A stretch of DNA of 63,009 nt, the filler included, from Rhabdomonas costata (taxonomy: Eukaryota): assembly GCA_019059605.1 (NCBI GenBank). It is 25 parts of 25 records of this genome, joined end to end, with 100 filler letters (N's around TTAATTAATTAA, not from the genome) between each part and the next. Parts side by side here need not be neighbours in the genome. Positions count along the whole stretch, not along the records: positions 47,979 to 50,402 come from JAHMHO010003479.1; positions 50,503 to 52,926 come from JAHMHO010003480.1; positions 53,027 to 55,450 come from JAHMHO010003481.1; positions 55,551 to 57,973 come from JAHMHO010003482.1; positions 58,074 to 60,498 come from JAHMHO010003483.1; positions 60,599 to 63,009 come from JAHMHO010003484.1; 19 more parts are not named here. One strand, written 5' to 3'. Made by a program: the position numbers and the translations under genes. Position 1 is the stretch's first letter; every line of letters starts with the position of its first letter. Of the stretch, positions 49,191 to 60,806 are shown in pieces. The notes under the pieces were generated by a model. It did not search any database. It saw nothing but the letters and a program-made list of their open reading frames with translations, and had not been told where the DNA came from.

Positions 49191-50402
49191 TCAGGTTCCC
49201 AGCGCAGCGGCCAGAAGCGGGGCGTCGCAGGGGAAGTGATGCGGCAGCTGCTCTGCAAGAGGGTCGATCGTTGTGCAGAGCGTGGCACTGTCCAGCAAAG
49301 AATGCCCAGCGTCCAGCCGCCTGCCGAAAAAACATCATTAGGCAGCGAGAGAGCTTGAGAGTAAGAGAGCACAAGACAAACACACCAGCATCTGGACACG
49401 GCACCCAGGAAAGTTCAAATGGGGATGTGCCTGAACCCACCTGTGCAAAAATACGTTTTGTTTGGATTTCATTAAAATGCATGCCGGGGTTCGCGAGATG
49501 CGGCTATTGCGTCTGAAAGAGCCGACGGGAAAGCTGGGAAAGGGGAAAGACGCGGGGCGCTGGAGGGGAACCCGATGGAGAAAAACGTGAAGAAAGAATC
49601 CCACCAAAATAAGCAGCGGACGACCTGGCCGCGTGCACGCTGCATGCTGCATGCTGTCCCTAATCAGAGCCGAGATTCCATCCATGCACCACCCACATAC
49701 CGGAGGCACGCCAGAAGGGTGTGGTGCATTGCGGAGAGGCTTCCGGACAGCGGGGCGTCGGTGTCCACGGTAGGGATGCGGTGCCTCCGCGCCTCCGCCA
49801 CGAGGTGGTCGCTGATCGCTCGAATCTCCGCAAAGCGCCGCAGGTAGGGGTTGTTCTCCTATACCGAAGGGGATGCAAAGCATCGAGCTCACTGCAAGCA
49901 GTTCCCCATGGCTCTCTTTTTCTTTGTAAACCCCCAAAAGTACTGCTAACTGCAAAATGTGGTAGAGAAAGAAATGAAAAATCCTTTCGAGAGGAGGTGA
50001 GGGTGGGTAGCTCTGATGCTCAAGGCAGGTAAATGCCCAACACGGATGCAGCGTAGATGGCTGGGCCTCTGACCTTCCAAAGGAGGTGGGCACACAAAAC
50101 TCCATTGTCGAATCACCAGCGATGTTGGGTCCCCCGAACTCCCTCGAGCTCGACAGAAAGAACTATTGTCGCGAAGCCAGAAATCGTAAAAGCAAGCAGA
50201 TACAATGGAAGATACTGCAATTGTGGGTATCTCCTTCGGGGACCTTCGAGGTGCCGATTAGGGCCCTTTTCATTCCCGGGGGGAGGGGGAGCTACCCACC
50301 CACCCGGCGCACCTGGGAGTCGGCATCGACAGTACGCAGGCGGATGGAGAACCGCAGCTTGTGCGCCGTCTCATCCGAGATGTGCTCTAGAAAGGGGATC
50401 GC
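49191..50402 (-). CDS. LPA1: LPA1-like / 2-phosphoglycerate-kinase-like P-loop NTPase, 3' part (exons 50313-50402, 49701-49858, 49191-49320)
   Basis: IPFLEHISDETAHKLRFSIR...ENNPYLRRFAEIRAISDHLVAEARRHRIPTVD...SLSAMHHTLLACLR parallels the recalled IPFxxxIxxExxHxxRFxxR...NKYxxxFxxIRxIQxYL...IP pattern. Confidence 0.8.
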
Positions 50403-50508
50403 NNNNNNNNNNNNNNNNNNNNNNNNNNNNNNNNNNNNNNNNNNNNTTAATTAATTAANNNNNNNNNNNNNNNNNNNNNNNNNNNNNNNNNNNNNNNNNN
50501 NNGGTTGG

Positions 50509-50566
50509 TGGTTCCGTGCATTGGGTTCCAAGCATGCTGGTGGTTGGAACCCAATGCACGGAACCC
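50509..50566. repeat. Fold-back at contig start
   Basis: GGTTCCGTGCATTGGGTTCCAA pairs with TTGGAACCCAATGCACGGAACC. Confidence 0.9.
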
Positions 50567-51499
50567 GATAACCACAATAAGCACTGGGAAGCAAGAGAAT
50601 ACCTTCCTGCAGTCCAAATTTTGCGGCGAGCCAAGAGTGGAATTCAACTTCTAAAAGGACGCGTTTTGTTTTTCTAGTGAACCTGTTTCAAAGCCATCCA
50701 GTGTGTAATACCAAGAAACTGAACATTCAGCAATAGTCGTGCGATAGCAAATTCGGAACTAGGGTCAGTACCCCATGCCAAAGCGCTGCAAAGTACAGTT
50801 CAAAACAGGAAGCTGCCACGCCACCACAGAGCCAGCCGACTGTCACTCAAAGGACTTCGCGGCTTCGTACGCAGCCTCGACGTGAGAAGGATAGTCCTCA
50901 TCTATGGTGACTTCCCCGTCAGCGGCCGTGTGGAAGACGATGGCTGAATCCACAAGCAGTGCAAGCCGAGAAGAGCTTTTCCCATCGCGTGATTACAACC
51001 CGACAGAGAAACGCAAAACGAGGAGGGCTCCAAGTGCAGCGAATTTCGAGTCAGGTCGGGACTGGGCCTTTCTACTGCTGACACCACTAAGCAGGTAGGA
51101 AATCTGTTCTAAATACTACAAGCAGCCAACAGACGGTTCCAGTTTCTTTTTTTTCGGGGAGGGGGTTAACGTTGCTAACGTTGGTTTGACCTCTTCAGGA
51201 ACCTCACCCATGGTCGGGGGGAATGGACTACAATTTCCCGAATCCTGTTCGCTGGGTGACATCCGCAATGGAACACTCGCGACAGGACGGGACCGCACCG
51301 GAAACCTAACATCGACCTCAAAACTCAAGCTGAAGTGACGGGTTGGGGTTGTTCAACCGTTGTGACACACCGTTTAACGATGCAACAACGTGCCTCACAG
51401 TTTTCTCGATGTGTTAGTTGACTTCGGTGAATTTGCCCAAGAACGGCGATTGCGGTTCCCAGGTGTTCCTAAACCAAAAGGAAGAGATTTTTTTAGTGG

Positions 51500-52710
51500 C
51501 GAATGCCAGCTGTGCGGAGACGAGCCCGGGGCGCCCCGGGAGCGGGCGGCTGAGGCCGTTGCCTGGGTGGAGTGGGAAGTTTTCGTAGAAATGCGCCCAA
51601 AAAGCGACGCATGAGGTCGGTTTTCTGGTGGCTGAGCCTTCCACCACAGTATTGATCCTTATCGTCGTTTAACTTCGTTAAACCATTTAAGACCTTTTGC
51701 ATTTTTGATAAATGAGATTCGAAACAAAAACACGACCTTCCTCGAGCTCCCGACACTGCTGCAGCAGTCTGCGACGCTTGGCAAGCTCAGCCCGGCGGTC
51801 GTGCGCAAAGGCTAGCCGCTCCCGCAAGTCCCGAGGCGGACGGTCCTGCAGCAGGGTCCCCGAGAATTCAAAATTAACGGAAAAAGAAGTGCCCATGAGT
51901 GCAAGCGAAAAAGAACTCGAAACGCCGTGTCCTTTCATAAGGCCACATCCCAGATGAGATGGTCACGGTTGCACATATTTCTACATGGTGATATGGAATT
52001 CGGGCGTTTGCCAAACAGCTTCTCTGATGAGAACTGTCTTCCAGTAGGATAGGAAGCTGTTTTCACCAGAAACACACAACAGTTGGGGGGGGGAGGGGCG
52101 CGACCGCCACAAATGGTATTGTACCAAAACCTACCGTTTGCTGTATTAACGGGTGTATCAACAAAAGACGGAAAGGAGAAACATGCTGGGGAACTGAACG
52201 TGAGCGCATGAAAACGTCCAATTCGCCCCCCACCCAACCGCCACCAACGACACAAAAAACTGCCCTGGTCTTCGAAAGGGGTTCCACGTCCAGCAAGAAA
52301 TCCTTTGCCGGAAGGAGGTACGGCTCCTCGTTGCTCTGCAACGGAAAACACGGAAACAACAGGGGAACTGTTCGCAAAGTAAAAGTAGAGTGCAGTGTAA
52401 CATAGCAAGTCATCACCTTTGCCAAAGCGCTGCAACTTTCGCATGCAACAACCAGCAACCATGCTAATTTGAGAAACGAGGCCAACCGCAGCGCCTGCTG
52501 TGCATGCAAAAAAAAAACCCTCAAAGCCTCAATGCCAACCGCGCCTTTCGCCAAGGAGGCGCGGCATGATTTTACTCTGGAGAGGAGTCAGAATATCTGT
52601 TTAAGCTGAACATCTCCAACTCCACAGTAATTGGAAGACGGACCGACACCCCCCCCCCCGCATAAGACTGAAAGGGTATGCCTCTTGCGTGGGCGGCCGC
52701 TTCCTCCAAC
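51500..52710 (-). CDS. Hypothetical multi-exon protein fragment
   Basis: GC-rich exon-like blocks behind YAG acceptors, for example DRPPRDLRERLAFAHDRRAELAKRRRLLQQCRELEE (about 51737-51845). Frames of the other exons are ambiguous. Confidence 0.5.
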
Positions 52711-53344
52711 CTGCAAGTAGAAGAGTAGTAAAAGAGAGCGGCAAGCCACGTGGGTAAAGGTAAGGTAAGGTATTGCCACACAAACTATGCAGAGCGCCTG
52801 CATCGTGTGTGCCGCACAGGAAAAGGAGATACGCTACGAGATTACGTACAGCGAACGAACGAACGAAGTCCGCGTGTGCCCAGCCACGCCCCTACAACAG
52901 CAGACAACAGCAGAAAGTACCCAACCNNNNNNNNNNNNNNNNNNNNNNNNNNNNNNNNNNNNNNNNNNNNTTAATTAATTAANNNNNNNNNNNNNNNNNN
53001 NNNNNNNNNNNNNNNNNNNNNNNNNNCTCGTGTCCTCAGAAACGGTGTTTTGTTTCAGCTGAGGATTAGGTGTTCTGCTCTTTTGTCATTGCTCTCGGCC
53101 GATGAAAAACATGCCGATATGAAATTTACTGCCGAATCGTAATGGTAAGTTTGTTACTCAATGCGGTGATGTAAATATGCGGCGTGGGGTGCTCTGCACC
53201 AGAAGGATGCGACACGTTCCCTCGGGATTTAAAAAAACGGATGGATTGCGAAATGCTTCGGCTTGTGTTCAGAATGGAACGCGGTGACTGGGGATGGTTA
53301 AGGTTATGTCACGGAATGAGCGTATCGAATGCAATAGGAGGTGG

Positions 53345-54200
53345 CGCGTAGGCGTCGGCGTAGCGACCTAGTAAACAGAGTAGGGGATGGGGTATCAAGC
53401 ATCTTCTTCCTCTTCAACGGTGCATATAGGGAGGTAGAGCGCGGCGACACCGACCAGCAAAACAGGCATTTTTACCATCATTATACCATCACCACAACAT
53501 CACCACCCATCACCACGCAGCGTGCGAGGGACCGAGCATCCGGAGTAAGCGATACATCCAGGGAGCATACGGAACATCAGCGGAGGATGCGACCAGCAGA
53601 GTCTCGGATCCCCAAGAAATCGGCACCCACACCATATACCCGTACACCAGGAATTCACCACATACACGTGGCGCAGCAGTAGGTGCCGTAGGCGTAGGAG
53701 CCCCACGACATCAGGGCACCAGGTGGAGTGGAGACAGGTCGTGATCTCCTGGTGATCTGCTAGGGTACGAAGTGAGGGCCGAGGTATGCCGAGGTTAGTA
53801 GGGGTAGGTAGTGGTCTTTTGGTGGTTCTTGGCACCACGTAGGGGCATTTTTACCAGAGGGCCTCAGTTTCCACGTCGGTGTTTAGATTTCGGGATTTCT
53901 TGCGTAGGTGGGTTCAGCAGTGCATCAGGGGTTCATGGTAGCGTGTTGGTAGTGGATATGCAGTGGGTTGAGAGTGCAGAGGTGGAATCCCGGGCTGGTC
54001 TTTAGGGTGCATGCGTGTCTGGGTGTGGGCTTTATTTCGTAGGTGGGTGTCTGGGTGCAGGAGCGGGCGTAGGGTGGGTTCTGGAGTGCAGCGGGTATTT
54101 TGGGCCTCAGAGTTGGGATTTCGGCGTGGGTATTTAGGGTGGTGGTTAGCGTGTGTAGTGGGATTGGCTGATGTCGGTGAGGTGAGGGTGGGCGTGTGGC
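53345..54200 (-). mobile_element. Decayed non-LTR (LINE-type) reverse transcriptase relic
   Basis: Motif remnants occur in RT order across frames: HQPIPL (YRPISL-like), LKTSPGF...IHY, RRGN*GPL (RGxxQGxPLS-like), LADH (YADD-like), CRFLG (YLG-like), SLYAPL. Many stops. Confidence 0.55.
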
Positions 54201-54776
54201 TATCGTGGTGCTACCGTGGTGGCAGAGAGAGAGAGGGACCGGTGTAGGAAGTGACCGGGATGCCCACAATGACCCTGAGGCAAACATCCGAAGTGGAGGC
54301 CGCAGCAGACCGACCCACCGACCGATGAACCTCCACACCCTCCACCAGTCGAGGGATGGGGAGTGAGAGGATGCCGAGTGACGCAGTGGCTACAGAGGGT
54401 GACGTGGATGACGTTGATGTCACTCCCACCGCTCACCTCAACCCTCAACCCACCCTACGTCCTGAGAGGGGCTAATCACCCACCTCTTGATGTAGAGAGT
54501 GACGTTGAGAGGTACAGAGGCGTGAGAGGGACGCGGAGACCCACCCCGCCACACCCTCTGTTGGCTGAGGCTACCCCTGCATTACCCATTATGCTTCATA
54601 CGAGGATTTTTGGTATACTTCCCCCGAAAAGAAAATGTGTCGCTGACACACCCCATTTGCCTTGCCCCACGCTGGTGTGCCAGCAGCGGAATTGTTTTCC
54701 TGTGCTGCTATTCTGATTTTTCTTTCTCGTAAATTGGCAATCCCCACTCCCGAAATTGCTCCACGTTCGTTTCCAG

Positions 54777-55038
54777 GGGTATGATACCAAGCTGGTGGCA
54801 AGCGAGCCTGGTTGGGGCTCGGCGTCTATGGAGTTGCTGGCCGACACTCCGTTGAATGTTCTGCTACTTTGCGTGCCCTTGGTGGTGGCCGCGGAGGTGG
54901 GGCAGTGGCGGCCCTCGGTGCTGTTCTTCTTCTCGTTCTTCGGACTGGTCCCCTTGGCGGCCACCCTGGGCACCGTCACGGAGGACATCTCGCTGCGCAC
55001 CTCCGAGGCGCTGTCCGCGCTGATCAACCTCACCTTTG
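54777..55038 (+). CDS. CAX: Ca2+/H+ antiporter (CAX/VCX1 family) exon
   Basis: PLNVLLLCVPL...FFGLVPLAATLGTVTEDISLRTSEALSALINLTFG leads into the CAX alpha-1 repeat (LLNATFGN). Flanked by CCAG and GT. Confidence 0.92.
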
Positions 55039-55819
55039 GTGTGTGGGTGCCAGCCTTTAACCGAAAATAGCAATGTCGTCAACCCGCCCCCCTTCTCATT
55101 CTCATCTTCGCTCTTCGAGAGGCGCTCGCCTTTACCCTTCACAATCTCCCGCACACCCTGCACAGAACATTCCCAAGCGCCTGCTTTCAAGAAAGCCATA
55201 AAGTTCACCGACTTTAAAACAACCTTCGACTGCTCTTAATTGACTGGGGGATTTCGTTCCTCTCTACGTCTCACAGTCCTGTCATGGTCGCAGGACGTCT
55301 GCGGCCCCACCACCACTTCCAACACCACGAAGCTTCTCACTACCTTGTGGTGTTGTGGACGACAGCGGTTGCGCGTGCCATAAGTACTTCTCCCTTTGAA
55401 CCTCCAGAAACCGTGCCCCAAGAAAAGCATTTCTCAAGTTCCCCAACACCNNNNNNNNNNNNNNNNNNNNNNNNNNNNNNNNNNNNNNNNNNNNTTAATT
55501 AATTAANNNNNNNNNNNNNNNNNNNNNNNNNNNNNNNNNNNNNNNNNNNNCAAGAGCAGTTGTTTGTTCATGTAACGTGCAGGTGTGCAAGGAGCTTTCA
55601 AACAAGCGTGAAACTTCCGAATCACCAACCCACAGGCATAAAGCCAGCATAAAAATCATTTTGCTTCATAGAGATCAGAAAGTTCATTTCAGTTCATTCT
55701 GTTTTTTGTGGGGATTCTCGCAGGAGACCCCGCAGGGAACCAAGCCACGAGACAAAGACTCTTAACTCTTATTTTCACTGAAGGGTTGTGTGGGGCAAAT
55801 GGACAGCGGGTAAGGATAC

Positions 55820-56025
55820 CTTGGAGTTTTGCAGACCAGAATGAGCTGACATTGACAAAACCGTGCCTCGCCGTGAAGAAGCTGCAAAGGCATAGAACGG
55901 GGACAATCGATCGCGATGCTCTGAATACGATATTGAAGGGAGCGCTTCAGGAACAAATCCATGGGCAACATCACACAACACATCTCTGCGCGGTCTGCTA
56001 CTAACGTCAGCTCCAAGCTTCCAAG
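55820..56025 (-). CDS. Possible exon of a hypothetical protein
   Basis: Open frame WKLGADVSSRPRRDVLCDVAHGFVPEALP...QNSK ending at AAG|GTAT. No family recognised. Confidence 0.3.
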
Positions 56026-57661
56026 ACCGCTTCAAACCTCTTTCAAAGTGAAACCAACAAAATCACGCCCACAAAACTCCATAATTACACTACAAAAAAG
56101 ACATGATCCCCCAAAGGGAAGGTGAACGAAAAAGCGAGGGATCTACTGTCTGGAAAGATACACATGCCTTCATGCCTTCATTTTTCGTAGCCCGCGCCAA
56201 GACACTCCGACGGACAGGCACCCCCGACGCACTCCCTAGCCCAATCCAAAACACCAACCCTAGCTTTAACCCTGAACACAACAGCAAAGAAAAGTCATTG
56301 CTATCGAAATCGAATGCACCGGCGAATGGTGCTTGGGTTGCATCGCAACGAGCGCGAACGTAGCGCAACTCTTAACAAGTTAAAACAGCACCATCTTGCC
56401 CAAAGTGTACCTCTTCGGGCATAGCGAGTGGAGCCCTCGGAGAAAGATACTTCCATCAGTGGTATTCTCACGGGGCCTCACGAGCAGGGCACAAGTGGAA
56501 CGGGGAGCATCGTGAAGCATAACCCATCAAAAACCAAACAAACAGGAATAAGGACTGGTCTCCACATCACTGCGCGAAAGCAGTACCGCTCTGCTTAAAT
56601 GCACTCTCCGGAGATTTGCGATCAATGTTGTTTGTCCAATCCATTTGCGGCCAAGGTCACCAATGTGCGCCCAGATGTCGGGGTTTTGTAGAGCAGAAAT
56701 TAAAAGAAGAGGGCAGGGGTAGAAGGCGATACGCATGCCTGAGTGAGGTGAGGCTCCCCCCTCTGCTCAAAACTTTCACTGCTAACCTGGTGGCATTTTC
56801 CCAACTGAGGCCACTGTACCTTGAATGTGGTACGCTTACGTGCGGGGGGAGAGGGTGGGGGGGAGTCGGGGAGTTCACACGGCAAGCGACACCAACCGTC
56901 CCCATGCGAGATCTCTTCCGCTTCCGACTTTGATATCAGCAACCTTTTCCGTATTCAGACTTTTGATGTGTGTGTGTGTGCGTCATATTGAACGGACCAG
57001 TGGCACCACCAATTCCAGGGTTTCGACGTTACGTGCCGTATTTCGGGAAGAAATTGTTCTTGCCCCCTTCTCCCCCCTCCCCCCAGACAAACACGCACAA
57101 TGCGATAAGCACAACGAGCTGGTTTTCTTCTTACAGATGGGAGATGGTTGCTGGCACACCAAAATCCAATTCTTGCGCCATAACTTCTTTCCCGGTCGAC
57201 CTTCAGCCCCATTCTCGCTGTTCGCTGTGACCATGAATGTGTGGTTCAACCCTGGTTGTTGTTGGGTTGCGAAGCACCTTGCAGTGGGTTGTTCGCTGTC
57301 TCCTCCCCTAATTTTCAGTCTTCGCTCGGGAGGGCTCGGATTCGAGGAGTCTGAAGGCACTTTTTTTTTTTTGCAAGGTGGTCTCATTTGAAACAGCCCT
57401 CACAAACCACAAGTCACACCTCGCCTCAACCCATCCAGAAGCACACAAAAGATTCCGTGGAGGTGGCCAGGCAGAGGAGTAAGAGCAGCAATCGAACATG
57501 AGAAGTCCGAGTTGCAGCATTCTTGCATTCTTTTGAATCTGCAGTGCCCATCCCTCACCCACAGGGGCTGAAATTCCGCGTGTGCTCTGTGCAACCAAGC
57601 AACCAAGAAGCAACACTTAATCAGAAGGGCAGTGGAAAAGTTGCGGAATGCGCACCACGAT

Positions 57662-57950
57662 CTACGACCTGTTCGACTTGCCCTTTCTCCGCCTCACGCT
57701 GGCCCGGGCAAACTCCTGCAGCGAGTAGAACACCCCGTAGGCATTCGCCTCCTCCTTCGCAATCGCGTCCAGCAGAGCCCTCCGCAGCCGGGCCACCTCC
57801 AGCTCCCTGGCCTCGCCGCCCTCCCTCTCCTCACCGTTGCGGAGGGAGGAGCCCGACGGCGGGAAGGCCTGGGCAAGGGCAGCAGCCCCCAGCAGGGAGA
57901 ACAGAGCCTCTGCCATACCCCGCAGAAAGGGCCGGCGGTCCGTGGGGATG
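57662..57950 (-). CDS. Terminal exon of a hypothetical protein
   Basis: GC-rich ORF ...ELEVARLRRALLDAIAKEEANAYGVFYSLQEFARASVRRRKGKSNRS*. Confidence 0.6.
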
Positions 57951-58244
57951 GAGGAGCGGTCCCCCCAAAACAANNNNNNNNNNNNNNNNNNNNNNNNNNN
58001 NNNNNNNNNNNNNNNNNTTAATTAATTAANNNNNNNNNNNNNNNNNNNNNNNNNNNNNNNNNNNNNNNNNNNNGGTGGTTGGGAAGGGTTCCCCTTCCAG
58101 GACACGACGTCTTCATTTGAGCGAAAAGCAGAAGACAAACTGGGTGTTTGGTTTCACCGTGAAAGTGCACAACAAGTTTGGTGTGGCATAAGTGAAAAGA
58201 GCAAACACGAAGCGGAAGTAAAGCAACCTGATGCAGGGTCCACC

Positions 58245-58495
58245 ACACTGCGACTCACCGATTCGGTTGGAGGAGGGAATCCAAGGATGGCATGATTTTC
58301 CAGCAAATAGCGGGCAACTTCCCCCTGTCCGCATCTGAGGCAAGCATTCACCATGGCCGACAAAAGTGCCGAGGAACAAACCAGCCCGTTGTCCAAGGCA
58401 TGGGCAAATCCTTGCATCGCCAAATCCAAGTCCAGCTCATCAGAGGCGGCAGCAAACAGCTCACAAACTTCAGCCGGGCGCACTGGAGCCTGCAT
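58245..58495 (-). CDS. PPR-like helical repeat protein exon
   Basis: LDLAMQGFAHALDNGLVCSSALLSAMVNACLRCGQGEVARYLLE resembles a pentatricopeptide repeat. Confidence 0.6.
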
Positions 58496-59030
58496 CGCAA
58501 AACGCACAGTGGACAAACGTGCGGAAAGCGCGCCAACGATCTGTGCCGGTGGGTAGGACCCCGTCAAGCTTGGGCGGAGGGGGTGGCGTTTGTTCGCCCA
58601 AACGGTTGCTTTCCAAAAGCAGACCAGTAAAAACCAATTTCTTCTCTTTTCTTCACTGTTTTTTTTTTTTGAAAAAAGCACAGAACAAATACACAAGTGG
58701 TGTTCAATGTCCGGCAAACAAACGGCATGAAGGCCTAACCCTGCATGATGATGATGTCAGTAGATCGAGGCGGATCACAGAAAACTGCAAAATATTTCAT
58801 TTATTCATCTTGACCAAATAGACTGAGTTTCGACTGTTATTCGGACAATTAAAACAGAGCACGGAAAAGTCATACGTCGATCTCAAGCCTTTCGTAAAAG
58901 CGAACGTACAACGTTTCCAACTCTGTGGACGGAATCAGCTTCAGGGGTGGCATGTGTCTCCTGTTACAAAGGAAAAGCAGACATCGTATGTTAAAACAAT
59001 CAGCAAACAACACCAACCGCAGAAACAAGG

Positions 59031-59421
59031 CTAAAGAGACTCGCGTTTCTGAGATTCTCTCGCTTGAAGCTGTGCTCGAAGAAGTCTTTCCTCTTCTGGT
59101 GTCATCGGTCGCAGTTTCTTGCGCTGTTCTCTTCTTTGCTCCGGCGTCAACCTAAGAAAGCAGCTATTCAAAATGAAAAACTGAATCTGAATGTTGCTTC
59201 CAACATACACGTAAATCGGACGGCCGACCTCGCGTGAGACTTCATTGGGTCTCTCCATCTCAGGAAGCTGAATGAAACCAAACAGTGTGTTTCACCACGT
59301 GGTTTCACCAGCTAACTGAAGAACCAACCGCACCAGAAAAAACACATTACCTCCTCCACACATCAACAAGACCAAAGTTTCGTAAGCGTGACCTACGCCT
59401 TCGAATACTGCGCGCAACCAT
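59031..59421 (-). CDS. Two-exon 63-aa basic small protein (exons 59351-59421, 59031-59151)
   Basis: MVARSIRRRRSRLRNFGLVDVWRR|LTPEQRREQRKKLRPMTPEEERLLRAQLQARESQKRESL*. The AG|GTAAT...TTAG|G intron (59152-59350) keeps the frame. Confidence 0.65.
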
Positions 59422-59829
59422 ACTGAAACCCACCTTCTGACCGCTCGAACCCCAAGGACTACCTAGCAACAACACCAGCCCCCAATTACCAACCAGACAT
59501 CACCCATGATTACACGAACCCCACGGAATGCCCACGGCACCAGCAACACCACCAGCAACACCAAAACCCAACTGGCCCAGACTCACATATCAATCTTCTG
59601 AAGTAGCTTATGGGTCAGAAGAGAATTTCCCCCTCCTGATTGAACTCATCACCCCATAGCTCTTGGTCTCTTTGACTTTGACACCCTTCTCTTTGTGGGT
59701 TGTTTCTTGTGTTGCGTGTTGCTTGTCCACGGCGGACGGGCTCTCTCGTCAAAAGGTTGTCTTGCGCCTCGCCGTCTTGGGACTGGAGGGACCGCTTTTG
59801 CAAGTTCCAAAGTTTTTCGGGATGATCTG

Positions 59830-60180
59830 GCCTTGTGTGTTAGCTGGGTTAGCCCCGGGAAAAAATCAGCGTGACGCTTCCCCAGCTCGTGGGTAAATCC
59901 CAATTGCAGCTGTTGAACCAAGTAGTCCTGGTGAATGTGGTCAGAGGAACGAATGTGAGCAATTATACTTGTTACCACTTTTGTCTTCGCCAACGCTCCT
60001 TCAACCGTGATTTCGTGATTCCACCATGTCCAACTTTTTTGTAGTCATTATGGTTAGGAGGGTAGCGGTTGTGCAGCAATTAGAGAGACCCTTCTGCAAG
60101 AACCCTCAGCATGCCCCATACAGCATTACCAGTTAGTATCACTCACCACCAGCATCGGCACAGAGGTTGTGCACTCGTCC
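59830..60180 (-). mobile_element. Possible second LTR-retrotransposon integrase relic
   Basis: HND..KKVGHGGITKSRLKERW followed, after a frameshift, by AHIRSSDHIHQ, resembling a decayed HHCC zinc finger. Confidence 0.35.
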
Positions 60181-60603
60181 CACCCCTTCCCCGGTAACTA
60201 AATTTTTTTATCAATTACAGGTACGTGCAAATAGTTTTTCAGGAGAATGCAGAATCACACACAGAAAGGTTCTTATCATTGCTGAATCAATAGGTCGGGT
60301 TCTCAAATTCTCGTCTGTGACTGCAACTTAACGGTACCGAAAAACACAGCATTTTCATGTTAGATATCTGATCTGAGATTGGGAATTCAGCAGCTTAAGG
60401 GTGCATTTTCTCATGAACACTTCATCTTGTTCAAACAATCAGTAGTTGCTTGAATAATTCTCCAGGAGGGACTACACACTACAACTCACCCAACACCCNN
60501 NNNNNNNNNNNNNNNNNNNNNNNNNNNNNNNNNNNNNNNNNNTTAATTAATTAANNNNNNNNNNNNNNNNNNNNNNNNNNNNNNNNNNNNNNNNNNNNGG
60601 TTG

Positions 60604-60697
60604 TGGTTCAGACCGGCACCTGGCCCACTGTATGTGCATTCACCCGCTAACCTCGATAACCGTTGACCAAGTGGGCCAGGTGCCGGTCTGAACCGCA
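60604..60697. repeat. Fold-back at contig start
   Basis: GGTTCAGACCGGCACCTGGCCCACT pairs with AGTGGGCCAGGTGCCGGTCTGAACC. Confidence 0.9.
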
Positions 60698-60806
60698 ATT
60701 TAAAAACACAGCGGTGCTTGTGTAGTGAATCTTTCAATGACGTTAGCCACCGCACCGGCACTGCACAAGACACGACAGATGCTTTTCCCCACCCCCACTG
60801 GCACAG

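Noticed and set aside
52024-52072. CTGATGAG...GAAAC, hammerhead ribozyme-like
   Set aside because: Stem II is not directly followed by GAAA and stems I/III cannot be formed; it is a simple hairpin.
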